From Acidimicrobiales bacterium (lineage in GTDB: Bacteria > Actinomycetota > Acidimicrobiia > Acidimicrobiales > SZUA-35), in contig OZ244139.1 in the NCBI GenBank assembly GCA_965216205.1, positions 2,331,152 through 2,395,151 on the forward strand: DNA of 64,000 bases, read 5' to 3'. The position numbers were made by a program, and so were the translations under genes. Below the pieces are notes generated by a model that had not been told where the DNA came from, made no database searches, and worked only from the letters and a program-made list of their open reading frames with translations. Below, in pieces: positions 39,988 to 49,426 of the stretch (positions are counted from its first letter, which is position 1; each line of letters opens with the position of its first letter).

Positions 39988-41272
39988 CACCGCGATCAGA
40001 CCTGGATCGGCGTCGGTCGAGACGCGTCGCGAAGTACCGGTTTCGCGACTGGAGCTGTGGCTCTTCGGCATCACGCTCTTCATCTTCTCGGTCGGCCTGC
40101 CGACGAGGTGGGGGTATGACTCTGGCGGGTCGAATCCTCTCCTCACGGCGGCGCAGTTGCTGTTTCCCGCGCTCTGCCTCCTGCCGACGATCGGGGCTCT
40201 CAGATCGTGGCGGAGCGTCGTCATCCTCGCCTTCCCGGCCGTGCTCTACTCGGCTCTGGCCCTGGCTTCGACGCTCTGGTCCAGCGTGCCGATCGAGACG
40301 ACCACCTCGGGCCTCCGACTGTTGGCCGCCACCGCGCTGGCGGCGAATCTCGCATTGCGGCTGCCGCCGGATCGTCTCCTCCGACTGCTCTTTCTCGTCG
40401 GTCTCGCGACCCTGGCCGTCAACCTGCTCTTCGTCGTGGTCCTTCCCTCGCTCGGTACGTCGCCGGCCGGCTTCAACGGCGTCTTCAACAACAAGAACCC
40501 GCTCGGCCGGCACGCGGTCGTCCACATCGTCGTCGCGCTGTTCGCGTGGCGGAGTCGGGTTGCCAACGTCGCCGTCGCCGCGCTGTCGATACTCGCCGCT
40601 GCGTTCCTCCTCGTCGGGTCCCAGTCGATGACGTCGGTCGTGGCACTCGGTGGAACCCTCGCCTCCGTGGCGATCTTCGCCTCGTTCCGCGCTCGGCGCA
40701 CGCTGCCCGGCGTTGTCATGGCCACCACGATCGCCCTCGGCACGTTCTCCCTGGGCTACGCCACCGCCAACCTCGGGCTGATCACGGAGTTTCTCGGCAA
40801 GGACATCACGCTCACCGGCCGGACCGACATCTGGACGAACGTCCTGCCGGTCGGCCTCGACCGACCCCTGCTCGGCTGGGGTCTTGACGCCGTCTTCGTC
40901 GGCTACTTCGGGCCGCTGCACGAGGCGTACATCGCTGCGGGTTGGGAGGCCTCGCACGCCCACAACGCCCTGATCCAGTCGTTCATGGAGCTCGGGTTCG
41001 TCGGCTTGGCCGTCTATCTCTGGATCTACTGGGTCGCCTTCGTGCGGGGAATCGCCGTCGCGAGGAGCTCCACCGGTGCCCTGGGCCTCCTCCCGCTGGG
41101 TTTCGTGACCTACACGGTCCTGATCTCGATCACCGAGATCGGGCCACAGTCATCCAGCTATGTCTGGCTCGTCCTCGTCTATCTCCTGACGACGTCCGGA
41201 GTCACCGCTGACCGTGTGGCTGCGAAGGTGCCAGTCGGCGGCTCGAGAGGTCCGTCTCCCGTCCCGGTGTGA
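39980..41272 (+). CDS. O-antigen ligase/Wzy-family polytopic membrane protein, copy 2
   Basis: Polytopic. Wzy_C-like region LTGRTDIW......RPLLGWG.........SHAHNALIQSFMELGFVGL. Confidence 0.75.
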   Translation: MPSTAIRPGSASVETRREVPVSRLELWLFGITLFIFSVGLPTRWGYDSGGSNPLLTAAQLLFPALCLLPTIGALRSWRSVVILAFPAVLYSALALASTLWSSVPIETTTSGLRLLAATALAANLALRLPPDRLLRLLFLVGLATLAVNLLFVVVLPSLGTSPAGFNGVFNNKNPLGRHAVVHIVVALFAWRSRVANVAVAALSILAAAFLLVGSQSMTSVVALGGTLASVAIFASFRARRTLPGVVMATTIALGTFSLGYATANLGLITEFLGKDITLTGRTDIWTNVLPVGLDRPLLGWGLDAVFVGYFGPLHEAYIAAGWEASHAHNALIQSFMELGFVGLAVYLWIYWVAFVRGIAVARSSTGALGLLPLGFVTYTVLISITEIGPQSSSYVWLVLVYLLTTSGVTADRVAAKVPVGGSRGPSPVPV

Positions 41273-43467
41273 TGAAACTGCGGTCCTGGTCTTCGGCGGC
41301 GATGGTGGTGGCGGTGGTTGGGGTGACCCTCGTCGTCACGCTGTGGCCGCGTGCCGCCGAGCAGGAGGTCGGTACGGCCGAGCGGTCTGACGGATCGGCT
41401 GACTCCACCACCGAGCCGGGCGGTGACCCCCGCACCGAGACCGGTGCGGGGCCGGTGCCGAGCGTGGTCGGCCCGCTCGGCACGGCGGACTCCACAGCGC
41501 GCCAGACCCTGAGCGGTACGGTCAGGGAGGTCGGGTCGGTCGGGGAATGGGAGCAGGCCGTGGCCAGCGCTCAGCCCGGTGACGAGCTGCGGCTCGTCGC
41601 CGACATCGACGCGGTTCTCGCCTATCGCGGCGATCGCGGCGCTCCGAGCGGAACGCCCGCCAACCCGATCGTGATAACCGCTGCGCCCGGGGTCTGGATC
41701 GACCCGGGCGATCGTGACAATGGGAAGCCGGCTCTCGACGTTCGGTCGGCGAGGCACGTCTGGGTCGATGGCGTGCGGGTGCGAGGGTCGCAGTTCGGGA
41801 TCCGGTTCCTCGGCGCTGGTGGCTCGAGCGACGCGCCGGCGAGACTGCAGAACTCGGTCGTCACCGACATCGGCGATGCGTGCGTCCACCTCGGCGCCGA
41901 CACCGGCGACTGGCAGGTCAGCAGCTACGTGATCGTCGAGTCGAACGACATCTCCCGTTGCGGCGCGGTGAGCCCCCGCTTCGGCGAAGGGGTGTACGTC
42001 GGCTACGGGAAGGAGCAGTGGGTCGACGAGACGCACGACATCACGGTTCGGAACAACGAGATCTACGACCTCGGCTCCGAGGCTGTGGACATCAAGACGG
42101 GGTCCCGGAACGTGATCGTCGAGGACAACTTCATCCACGACGTCGGCGGGATCCGGGGCGGCGTCATCACCGCCCACTACGGCATCGATCCCAACCCTTC
42201 GCCGGACGAGCTCGACCTCGTCGTCATCAGACGGAACCGGATCTGGAACGTGAACCTGGACGATCGGCCGGAGTCGAACGACTGGGCGATCTGGGTCGGT
42301 CACGGAGGCGTTCAGGTGACCGAGAACCGGATCTGGAATCTTCGAGGCGTCTCGGGCGCACGGGCCATCCGGGTTCGGGCCGAGGCCGATTTCGGGCCCC
42401 ACCCGATCACGATCAGTGACAACCTCTTCTGGTCGACGGTGGGTTGGGAGGCGACCGGGAGTCCTTCGGGCTCCCACCTCGTCGACGCCAGCGGGAACAC
42501 CGGACCGGCGGGAAGCGGCGGGATCGAGGAGACCTTCGAGCCCGGGGTCGCGGTCGAGGGCGAAGCCAGGTCGTCGGCCGGAGGGGTGCCAGGATCGCTC
42601 TTCGACCCGGTGTTCGGTTCGTCGACCGGCCCGACCGAACCCCCGGCTTCACCTCCGGACGAGGAGCCGGCGTCGACGGGGTCGGGTACCGACCCGGTTG
42701 CGGACGCGCCGTCGGGTCAGGCCGAGCCGCCGTCGACCGAACCGTCAGCGGCTGCGCCGCCTTCGCCTCCGGCGGAGGAGCCGGCGTCGACGGGGTCGGG
42801 TGCCGACCCCGTTGCGGATGCACCGTCGGGTGCTGCCGAGCCGCCGTCGACGGGGTCGGGTGCCGAGCCGGTCTCGGATGCACCGTCGGGTCTCGCAGAG
42901 CCGTCGTCCCCACCTCCGGCGGGGGCGGTGCCGTCGCCAGCGCCCGATGCCGGTCCGGTCATCGGTTCACCGCCGGGTCCCGAGGCGCAGCCGTCGACGG
43001 GGTCGAACTCCGATCCGGTCCCGGATGGCCGGTCGGGTCCGGGTGCGGTGCCGTCGACCGGGTCGGGCTCCGAGCAGGGGAGCGGTTCGCCGTCCGGTCT
43101 ACGTGGGGCAGCCTCCTCCCTGCCGGGGGGCACCACACCTGCCCCGCCGGTTGCACGACCCGAATCGACCTCGGTGAATCCGATCGGTGGTGGAGGCGCT
43201 GATCAGGCGGCGGTGAGCGTGCCGACGTCCTCGCCGACAGGGGCGGGAACGAATCCTCCTGGTGAAGTCAGCCCGCCCCGGCCGGCCGCTGGTGCGGTGA
43301 CTCCGGACGGTAGCCTTGCGGAGGACCGTGCGCTGAGCGTGCTGGACTACCCGGAAGTACCCAAGCAGTCGCTCAGCGTGGCGTTCATCACCCTCACGAT
43401 CATCGTCGCCGCCTGCCTTGCTGTTGTCGCCCGAGCGACCACGGCACCGCTGCGAGACCGGCGCTAA
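41269..43467 (+). CDS. Secreted/anchored right-handed parallel beta-helix protein with a Pro/Ser/Gly-rich repeat stalk and a C-terminal TM anchor
   Basis: N-terminal signal/TM. PbH1-type repeats (NSVVTDIGDACVHL, NDISRCG, GVYVGYG, VRNNEIYDLGSEAVDIK, VEDNFIHDV, RRNRIWNV, TENRIWN, SDNLFW). Roughly 250 aa of low-complexity repeats. The tail is hydrophobic and ends RDRR. Confidence 0.75.
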   Translation: MMKLRSWSSAAMVVAVVGVTLVVTLWPRAAEQEVGTAERSDGSADSTTEPGGDPRTETGAGPVPSVVGPLGTADSTARQTLSGTVREVGSVGEWEQAVASAQPGDELRLVADIDAVLAYRGDRGAPSGTPANPIVITAAPGVWIDPGDRDNGKPALDVRSARHVWVDGVRVRGSQFGIRFLGAGGSSDAPARLQNSVVTDIGDACVHLGADTGDWQVSSYVIVESNDISRCGAVSPRFGEGVYVGYGKEQWVDETHDITVRNNEIYDLGSEAVDIKTGSRNVIVEDNFIHDVGGIRGGVITAHYGIDPNPSPDELDLVVIRRNRIWNVNLDDRPESNDWAIWVGHGGVQVTENRIWNLRGVSGARAIRVRAEADFGPHPITISDNLFWSTVGWEATGSPSGSHLVDASGNTGPAGSGGIEETFEPGVAVEGEARSSAGGVPGSLFDPVFGSSTGPTEPPASPPDEEPASTGSGTDPVADAPSGQAEPPSTEPSAAAPPSPPAEEPASTGSGADPVADAPSGAAEPPSTGSGAEPVSDAPSGLAEPSSPPPAGAVPSPAPDAGPVIGSPPGPEAQPSTGSNSDPVPDGRSGPGAVPSTGSGSEQGSGSPSGLRGAASSLPGGTTPAPPVARPESTSVNPIGGGGADQAAVSVPTSSPTGAGTNPPGEVSPPRPAAGAVTPDGSLAEDRALSVLDYPEVPKQSLSVAFITLTIIVAACLAVVARATTAPLRDRR
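42661..43095 (+). repeat. In-frame degenerate tandem repeats encoding EEPASTGSG.DPVADAPSG.AEPPST-type units
   Basis: The DNA string ccgtcgacggggtcgggtgccga...gcaccgtcgggt recurs at about 42668, 42782 and 42845. Further diverged copies extend to about 43090. Confidence 0.8.
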
Positions 43468-43483
43468 CTTCCAGCCCTTGCCA

Positions 43484-45475
43484 GTGGACACGACCAATAG
43501 CTCAGACCTACTCACCATCGGCGTGATCACGTACAAGCGCCCGAACGAACTCGACCGTCTCCTGCGCTCGCTGGACGAGCATCAGCGTCCGTTCCGCGAG
43601 ATCCTCGTGGTCGACAATGACCCGGCCGGGTCAGCCAAGCCGGTTGCGGCCACCCGGGACGCCGTGCGCTACGTCCACGAGCCTCGCCGAGGCAAGAGCT
43701 ACGCCCGCAACCGGCTGCTCGACGAGTGCTCGACGAGCTACCTCGCGTCGATCGACGACGACGAGATCCCCGAAGCCGGGTGGGCCAGCCACCTCCTCCA
43801 GACGATCACGAGCACCGGTGCAGCGATGGTTGCCGGCCCCGTGGTGACGAGCTTCGGGGTCGAGCCCGAGGAGTGGGTGCGGCGAGCGGGCATCTTCGAT
43901 CGTCCGCGGCACGACCAGCTCGAATCGCTCCCGAGCATCCGGGGTGGCAACGTGATCTTCGAGGTGGACGCCGTCCGGGCCAGCGGGGCCCGCTACGACG
44001 CTCGCTTCAACCGAGGTGGTCAGGACATCCAGTTCTCCCTGGCGCTTCGCCTCGCAGGCAACGAGATCCTCTGGGACGACCGCGCCGTGGTCGTCGAGCA
44101 CGTCGGCACCGAGCGGATCACCCGCTCGTGGGTGAAGGCGCGCTGGCGAGCGGCGGTCAGGAACCACTGGCGGGCACGCATGGTCACCGGCGAGTCGACC
44201 GCGGTCAAGGTCGCCACCCGCGTGCCCTACAAGCTGGGCCGTGCGCTGTGGTCGGTGGCCCGCCTCGACCTCGTCGGTGCGCAGCGTGAGCTGCATCAGG
44301 GTCTCGGCGTCGTGCAGGCGCTCGCTCGACGGCGCATCGATGCTGCCCGGCGGGCCCGCACCGTACGGTTCGCCGCGAACTGGCTTCCGCAGTACCGGAC
44401 CGCGTTCCACGAGGGCCTGCACGACACCCTCGCAGCCCGCGACATCAACTACGAGTTGTCGGTGAGTCGAGCCGAGGCCCGATTCCGGGGCCGGCGGGAC
44501 CAGTCGGTTCTCGACTGGGCCCAGCAGCGGAAACGACGGTACCTCCGGCTGGGAGGGGCCGAGGCGGTCTTCGATCCGCTCGTCTCTCGGCGGAAGGTCG
44601 ATCTTCTCGTCGTCGAGTTGCAGGCGAAGATTCTCACCGCTCCGCTCCAACTGCTGGCCGCACGCCTCCGTCTGGGCCCGCCGGTCGTGTTCTTCGGCCA
44701 GGGCTCCGTCGATCGGACACCGTCGTCCGCCGCCGCCCGCTGGTACAAGCGGACGATCGCGTCCGCCGGGCGCGGCTGGCTGGTCTACACCGAACGGGGG
44801 GCGGAGGACCTCGTCGGCTACGGCGTAGACCGGAGCACGATCGCAGTGATCCGCAACACGACCGACGTCACCGAACTGGCCATGTCCTACGACCGTCGTG
44901 CTGCGCTGGCCGCCGCCGCCGAAGAGCGGCTGAGTCTGGGCGACGGTCCGCTGTTGCTCCACATCGGTGGTCTCGAGAGCTCGAAGCGTCTCGACCTCGT
45001 GTGCGAGGTCTACGATCGGGCGCTGCGGGCACAGCCCGACCTGCAGCTCGTCATCGCCGGTGCCGGTCCCGAGGCCAGCACCTGCGAGGCCTGGGCCGCC
45101 GACCGACCCGGTGCCCACTACCTACCGCCGCAGTTCGGCGAGGAGAAGTCGGCGCTGTTCCATCGGGCCGACCTGCTGCTGCATCCAGGGAAGATCGGAC
45201 TGGTCGTGATCGACTCGTTCGCCGCCGGCCTGCCGATCGTGGGTGCTCGCGGTCAGATGCAGGCCCCCGAGTTCGACTACCTCGGGGAGGACACCGCCTT
45301 CATCGCCGCCGAGCCGGACGCCACCGATCTGACCGATCTCGTGTTGAAGGCTTGTGGCGACCGATCACTCCGCAACGAGAAGGCTGCTGCGGCGAGGCGT
45401 TCGTACGCCGACTACCCGATGGACGAGATGGTCCGTCGGGCTGCGAACGGGCTCGAAGGGTTGCTCGACTGGTGA
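43484..45475 (+). CDS. Bifunctional glycosyltransferase (N-terminal GT2 domain plus C-terminal GT4/group-1 domain)
   Basis: GT2: LLTIGVITYKRPNELDRLL.SL, VVDND, IDDDE. GT1: LLLHIGGLESSKRLDL......P.L.LVIAG.GPE, FGEEKSALF..ADLLL.PG..GLV..DSFAAG.PIV. The GTG at 43484 was chosen as start. Confidence 0.8.
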   Translation: MDTTNSSDLLTIGVITYKRPNELDRLLRSLDEHQRPFREILVVDNDPAGSAKPVAATRDAVRYVHEPRRGKSYARNRLLDECSTSYLASIDDDEIPEAGWASHLLQTITSTGAAMVAGPVVTSFGVEPEEWVRRAGIFDRPRHDQLESLPSIRGGNVIFEVDAVRASGARYDARFNRGGQDIQFSLALRLAGNEILWDDRAVVVEHVGTERITRSWVKARWRAAVRNHWRARMVTGESTAVKVATRVPYKLGRALWSVARLDLVGAQRELHQGLGVVQALARRRIDAARRARTVRFAANWLPQYRTAFHEGLHDTLAARDINYELSVSRAEARFRGRRDQSVLDWAQQRKRRYLRLGGAEAVFDPLVSRRKVDLLVVELQAKILTAPLQLLAARLRLGPPVVFFGQGSVDRTPSSAAARWYKRTIASAGRGWLVYTERGAEDLVGYGVDRSTIAVIRNTTDVTELAMSYDRRAALAAAAEERLSLGDGPLLLHIGGLESSKRLDLVCEVYDRALRAQPDLQLVIAGAGPEASTCEAWAADRPGAHYLPPQFGEEKSALFHRADLLLHPGKIGLVVIDSFAAGLPIVGARGQMQAPEFDYLGEDTAFIAAEPDATDLTDLVLKACGDRSLRNEKAAAARRSYADYPMDEMVRRAANGLEGLLDW

Positions 45476-46854
45476 GGTCGCGGGCGGGGCGCCACCCGAA
45501 CGGGAGCGCGAATCCCGACAGGTCGTCGAGGCGGGGCCTGCTCGTCAACTCCCTCGGCGCCCTCGTATCGAAGACCGGACTGACCGCGATCAGCCTCCTG
45601 TCGATAATCGTCCTGACCCGGCAGCTACCCAAGGTCGAGTACGGGATCTATGCATCCTCGATCGCACTGATCTACCTCGTGGCGCCGATCCTCGAGGTCG
45701 GGGTCAACCACCTCGTCGCCCGCGCGGTGGCGACCAGGACGGATGCAGAGGCGATGTGGCAGACGAGCATCGCCGTGCACCTCCTCGCGGCCGGGCTCGG
45801 CGGCATTGCCCTCGCAGCGGTGCAGCCGGTCCTGCTCCCCGAATCGAGCCTCGCCATCGTCTTCCTGCTCGCCGGCTCGGAGCTCCTCGGTCCGGGGTTG
45901 AACGCCGGGGCCGTCCTGGCGAGTGAGGCCGCCGGGAAGGCATTCGTCGGGGCGAGGATCCGCTGGATCGCGGTCGCCATCAAGGCCACCGCGCTCGGCG
46001 TGTTCTGGCTCCTACCAGGGCCGACGCTCGTGCTGTGGTGCGCGCTCCAGGTCGGATCGTCTGCGCTCGCCTTCGTCATCACCGTGCGGTCACTCGACAA
46101 GGCACTCGACCTTCCGCTCGGGTTCCGACTCCCGACGTGGCGGGAGGTGCGCTCGGGTCTGGCCTTCACCTCCAACCAGGTCTCCGCGACGGCGTTGAAG
46201 GACCTCGACAAGGTGATGCTGGGCTCGTTCAACCTGTCGGCACAGAACGCGGACTACACGGCTGGACATCGGTTCGTGGCCCTCGGCCTCCTGCCCCTCC
46301 AGGCCGCGATGTCCGGCTCCTACGGTGAGTTCTTCCGCCGGGGCGCCGATGGGCGGAACGGCCTGAGCAGGTTGACCGTCCGGCTGAGCCTGGCGGCGCT
46401 TCCTCCGATGATCGTCGTGGCGGCGGTGATGTACGTGGCGGCGCCCGGTATCCCGTGGCTCCTCGGAGCGGAGTACCAGGACAGCGTCGTCGTCGTCCGC
46501 TACCTCGCGTTCCTGCCGGCGCTCAAGGCGCTGCAGGGTTTCGTCGGCAACGCGTTGACGGCCCGGGGCGACCACGGCTGGCGCCTGGCCAACATGGTGC
46601 TCGCCGTGTCGTTCAATGCCGCGCTCAACCTCGCGCTGATCCCCCGCCATGGCTGGCGGGGGGCTGCGGTGTCGACGCTGGTCGCCGAGGTGCTCCTCAC
46701 GCTCGGTCTGTGGGCCGCACTGCTCCGCAGGGGGGCAGGTGATCCACCCGAGGACGACGACCAGGGACTCGACCTCAGAGCTCGGAAGACCAGAGAGGCC
46801 GGGGCCGGTTCGGTCGACCGGACCACGCCCTCCGGATCTTCCCGAACCGGCTGA
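45472..46854 (+). CDS. Oligosaccharide flippase (Wzx-like, MOP superfamily), copy 2
   Basis: LLVNSLGALVSKTGLTAISLLSIIVLTRQLPKVEYGIYAS start typical of Wzx, with about 12 TM helices. The GTG overlaps the upstream TGA. Confidence 0.75.
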   Translation: MRSRAGRHPNGSANPDRSSRRGLLVNSLGALVSKTGLTAISLLSIIVLTRQLPKVEYGIYASSIALIYLVAPILEVGVNHLVARAVATRTDAEAMWQTSIAVHLLAAGLGGIALAAVQPVLLPESSLAIVFLLAGSELLGPGLNAGAVLASEAAGKAFVGARIRWIAVAIKATALGVFWLLPGPTLVLWCALQVGSSALAFVITVRSLDKALDLPLGFRLPTWREVRSGLAFTSNQVSATALKDLDKVMLGSFNLSAQNADYTAGHRFVALGLLPLQAAMSGSYGEFFRRGADGRNGLSRLTVRLSLAALPPMIVVAAVMYVAAPGIPWLLGAEYQDSVVVVRYLAFLPALKALQGFVGNALTARGDHGWRLANMVLAVSFNAALNLALIPRHGWRGAAVSTLVAEVLLTLGLWAALLRRGAGDPPEDDDQGLDLRARKTREAGAGSVDRTTPSGSSRTG

Positions 46855-47761
46855 AGGACGGACGAGGGTCCAGCTCCTCGATCAGGTCGTACTTGCCGAT
46901 CTGATCGGCTGGCACCGTGCCGCACCGCACCATGTCGATCAGCTCCGGCGCCGTATCGACGAAGCGGGCCGACTTGTAGATCGGGTGCAGGGTCCAGAGC
47001 CCGCTCGGCCCGCCGACGTCGAGGCGGTGGAGTCGGCGCTCCGACATCCGCCGGCTGATCAGGACCTCCAGATGATCGACCCGAGGGAGGCCTGCGAGCG
47101 TGGCGACGGCCGTCTCGTACCGATCGAGGGGGCCGGCGAGCGGGAGCGGAGCCACGGAGTCGGCGAACCGGTCGACGTGCAGGAGATGGCAACGGCCCCG
47201 GAACGTCGGGAGCCGATGGACCGGGCCCGCGTCAGGGAAGGCCTCGGAGACGTCGATCCCGCCGGCCGCATAGGGCCCCGGATCGGGTGGGCCCGCGAGT
47301 GGCGCGACCATGAGCGGGGGATCGGCCGAGTCGAAGAGCGGGAGCGCGACGTCTGCCCAGCCGGTGGCCGAGCCGCCGAAGAGCAGGTCGGACGGGCTGT
47401 GGAAGATGAACTCGCTGCGAGCGGCCGTGTACGACTCGAGATAGGCATGAATCGGGGCGCCCTTGAAGTCGAACAGGGGGTAGGGCTCACCGCCGAAGAA
47501 TCGCCGGCTGATCTCGGCGATCGTCTCGCTGCTGTAGGACACCTCGTGGACACGGCACGTCGGGTGTCGGCGCCCCGTGGTGCTGAGGATCTCGTCGAGC
47601 GCCGCCGTCGCGACCGCAGACGGTGGCCTGTTCACGACCAGCATGACCTCGTCGCACATCTCGCCCAGCACGTCGACCTGGTGCGGAAGGGTGTGCCCAG
47701 CAAAGGCGATGTCCCTGTCCGAGACGAGGATCTGCAAGGTGATCGACTTGGCAGTGCTCAT
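46775..47761 (-). CDS. Hypothetical protein (328 aa) in an operon with a BY-kinase
   Basis: Good protein-like composition, and it starts 7 nt downstream of the kinase gene. I recognise no motif. It may be a novel glycosyl- or group-transferase. Confidence 0.55.
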   Translation of the reverse strand: MSTAKSITLQILVSDRDIAFAGHTLPHQVDVLGEMCDEVMLVVNRPPSAVATAALDEILSTTGRRHPTCRVHEVSYSSETIAEISRRFFGGEPYPLFDFKGAPIHAYLESYTAARSEFIFHSPSDLLFGGSATGWADVALPLFDSADPPLMVAPLAGPPDPGPYAAGGIDVSEAFPDAGPVHRLPTFRGRCHLLHVDRFADSVAPLPLAGPLDRYETAVATLAGLPRVDHLEVLISRRMSERRLHRLDVGGPSGLWTLHPIYKSARFVDTAPELIDMVRCGTVPADQIGKYDLIEELDPRPSFSRFGKIRRAWSGRPNRPRPLWSSEL

Positions 47762-47767
47762 GCCTGC

Positions 47768-49426
47768 TCAGCGTGCGCCCGTGCGGTAGTAGGCGTACTT
47801 GTCGCGCCGGAACAGCCCGCCGCGATCGAACTTCTGGCGGTTCATGACCGCGCCGATGAGATTCGATCCGCTCCGCTCCAGATCGGCACGTACCTGGAGG
47901 AGGTCAGCGGTCTCGGTCCGCTCGGTGTCCACGACGACGATGACACCGTCGACGTAGCGGGCAGCCGACACGGCGTCGGCGGTGCTGAGCACGGGCGGGG
48001 TATCGACGACCACGTACTCGACATCCTCGCGTTCGAGCTCCTTCACCATCTGCTCGAACCGGTCCGAGTTGAGCAGCTCGCCGGGGTTGCTCGGGGGTGC
48101 TCCGGACCGGATCAGCCACAGGTTGTCGATTCCGGGCACCTTCTCGGCGTTCAGCTCCGCCGCGGCGGCGAGGTACTCGGACAGCCCCGGCCGGGGACCC
48201 TCCATGCCGAAGAGCTTCTCGAGGGTCGGTCGCCGCAGGTCGGCCGACACGAGCACACACCGGGAGCCGTTCTGGGCCAGTGCGATCGCCAGGTTCGACG
48301 CCGTCAGGCTCTTGCCCTCCGAAGGGGACGAGCTGGTGACGATCACCGAGCTGACCCCCGAGGAGGAGTTGAGGAACTGGATCGAGCTCCGCAGTCGGCG
48401 GAACGCCTCCCGAGCCGCCGCGATCCTCGCCGCGCCGCCCGTCGACAGCATGATCAGGCTGCTGGGCCCGGAGCGATGACCGAGCCCGAGCGTGGGGACC
48501 GCCCCCATGACGGTTGTCCCGAGCGCCAACGCCACGTCCTCGGAGTCCCTGGCCGTCGTATCGAGCCGCTCGAGCAGGAAGGCCGTCACGAACCCGAGCA
48601 GGAGGCCGAGGAAGGGGCCGGCAGCCAGGACGAGGTTGCCGGGGATCCCGACGGGGCTCGTCGGGGTGGTCGCAGAGCGGATCACCTCCGCCGCCGGGGT
48701 CCGGGTGACCAGATCCGTCTGCGCACCACGCTTACCGGTGTCGAGGTTGCGGATGTTGGTGTTGATCAGGCTGGTCTCGGCCCGAACAGCGGCGATCTCG
48801 GTGTCGATGACGGAGAGCGCGTCCTGGCGGGCGACGGGATCGGGCGTGGTGCTGGCGACCGTTGCCCGCTCGGTCTGCAGGTCACCGAGGCGGACCTCGA
48901 GTCCGGCGACCTCCGTGCTGTACTCGGCGATCTGCTGGTCGGCCGTGGTGATGATCGCCTCGTAGTGGCCGATCGCCTGCGCTTCGCGGTGATTCGTGTA
49001 GTTGGTGGCGAACGCGTTGGCGGCTGTCGCCGCCGCGACCGGATCCACCGACGTGTACGACACCTGCAGCACGTCGGAGTCTGGCCGGAACTCGACCTCG
49101 AGACTCTCGAGCAGGTCGTCGGGCGTCGTGGCCAGGCCCAGATCGTCGATGACCGCGGTCGCGGTGCCGTTCGACGAGATGATCGCCCGCTCGCGCTCGA
49201 GGTTCGGAGGCACGAGCCGGCCGTCGATCGAGCCGATCGGGGTGGGGCTGACCGCCACGCTGCTCGTGGCCTGGTAGCTCGGGGTCTGCGCCTCCTGGAA
49301 CAGGAAGGCGAGCGCGAGCCCGAGCAGCGTGAGTGCGATCACGACCCACTTGTGCCGTTTGACTGCCCGAAGGTAGTCCTCGAGGCGGGCGGCCTCGGGC
49401 GCAGCGGCGGAATTCTGATACATCAT
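47768..49426 (-). CDS. Polysaccharide co-polymerase / BY tyrosine autokinase (Wzc-like), intact, second copy
   Basis: Wzz N-terminus (YLRAVKRHKWVVIALT). Walker A SSPSEGKSL, A-prime VLVSADLRRP, Walker B YVVVDTPPV, and terminal Tyr cluster DKYAYYR. ATG-ATG at 49426 is preceded by GGAGGTGG. Confidence 0.9.
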   Translation of the reverse strand: MMYQNSAAAPEAARLEDYLRAVKRHKWVVIALTLLGLALAFLFQEAQTPSYQATSSVAVSPTPIGSIDGRLVPPNLERERAIISSNGTATAVIDDLGLATTPDDLLESLEVEFRPDSDVLQVSYTSVDPVAAATAANAFATNYTNHREAQAIGHYEAIITTADQQIAEYSTEVAGLEVRLGDLQTERATVASTTPDPVARQDALSVIDTEIAAVRAETSLINTNIRNLDTGKRGAQTDLVTRTPAAEVIRSATTPTSPVGIPGNLVLAAGPFLGLLLGFVTAFLLERLDTTARDSEDVALALGTTVMGAVPTLGLGHRSGPSSLIMLSTGGAARIAAAREAFRRLRSSIQFLNSSSGVSSVIVTSSSPSEGKSLTASNLAIALAQNGSRCVLVSADLRRPTLEKLFGMEGPRPGLSEYLAAAAELNAEKVPGIDNLWLIRSGAPPSNPGELLNSDRFEQMVKELEREDVEYVVVDTPPVLSTADAVSAARYVDGVIVVVDTERTETADLLQVRADLERSGSNLIGAVMNRQKFDRGGLFRRDKYAYYRTGAR

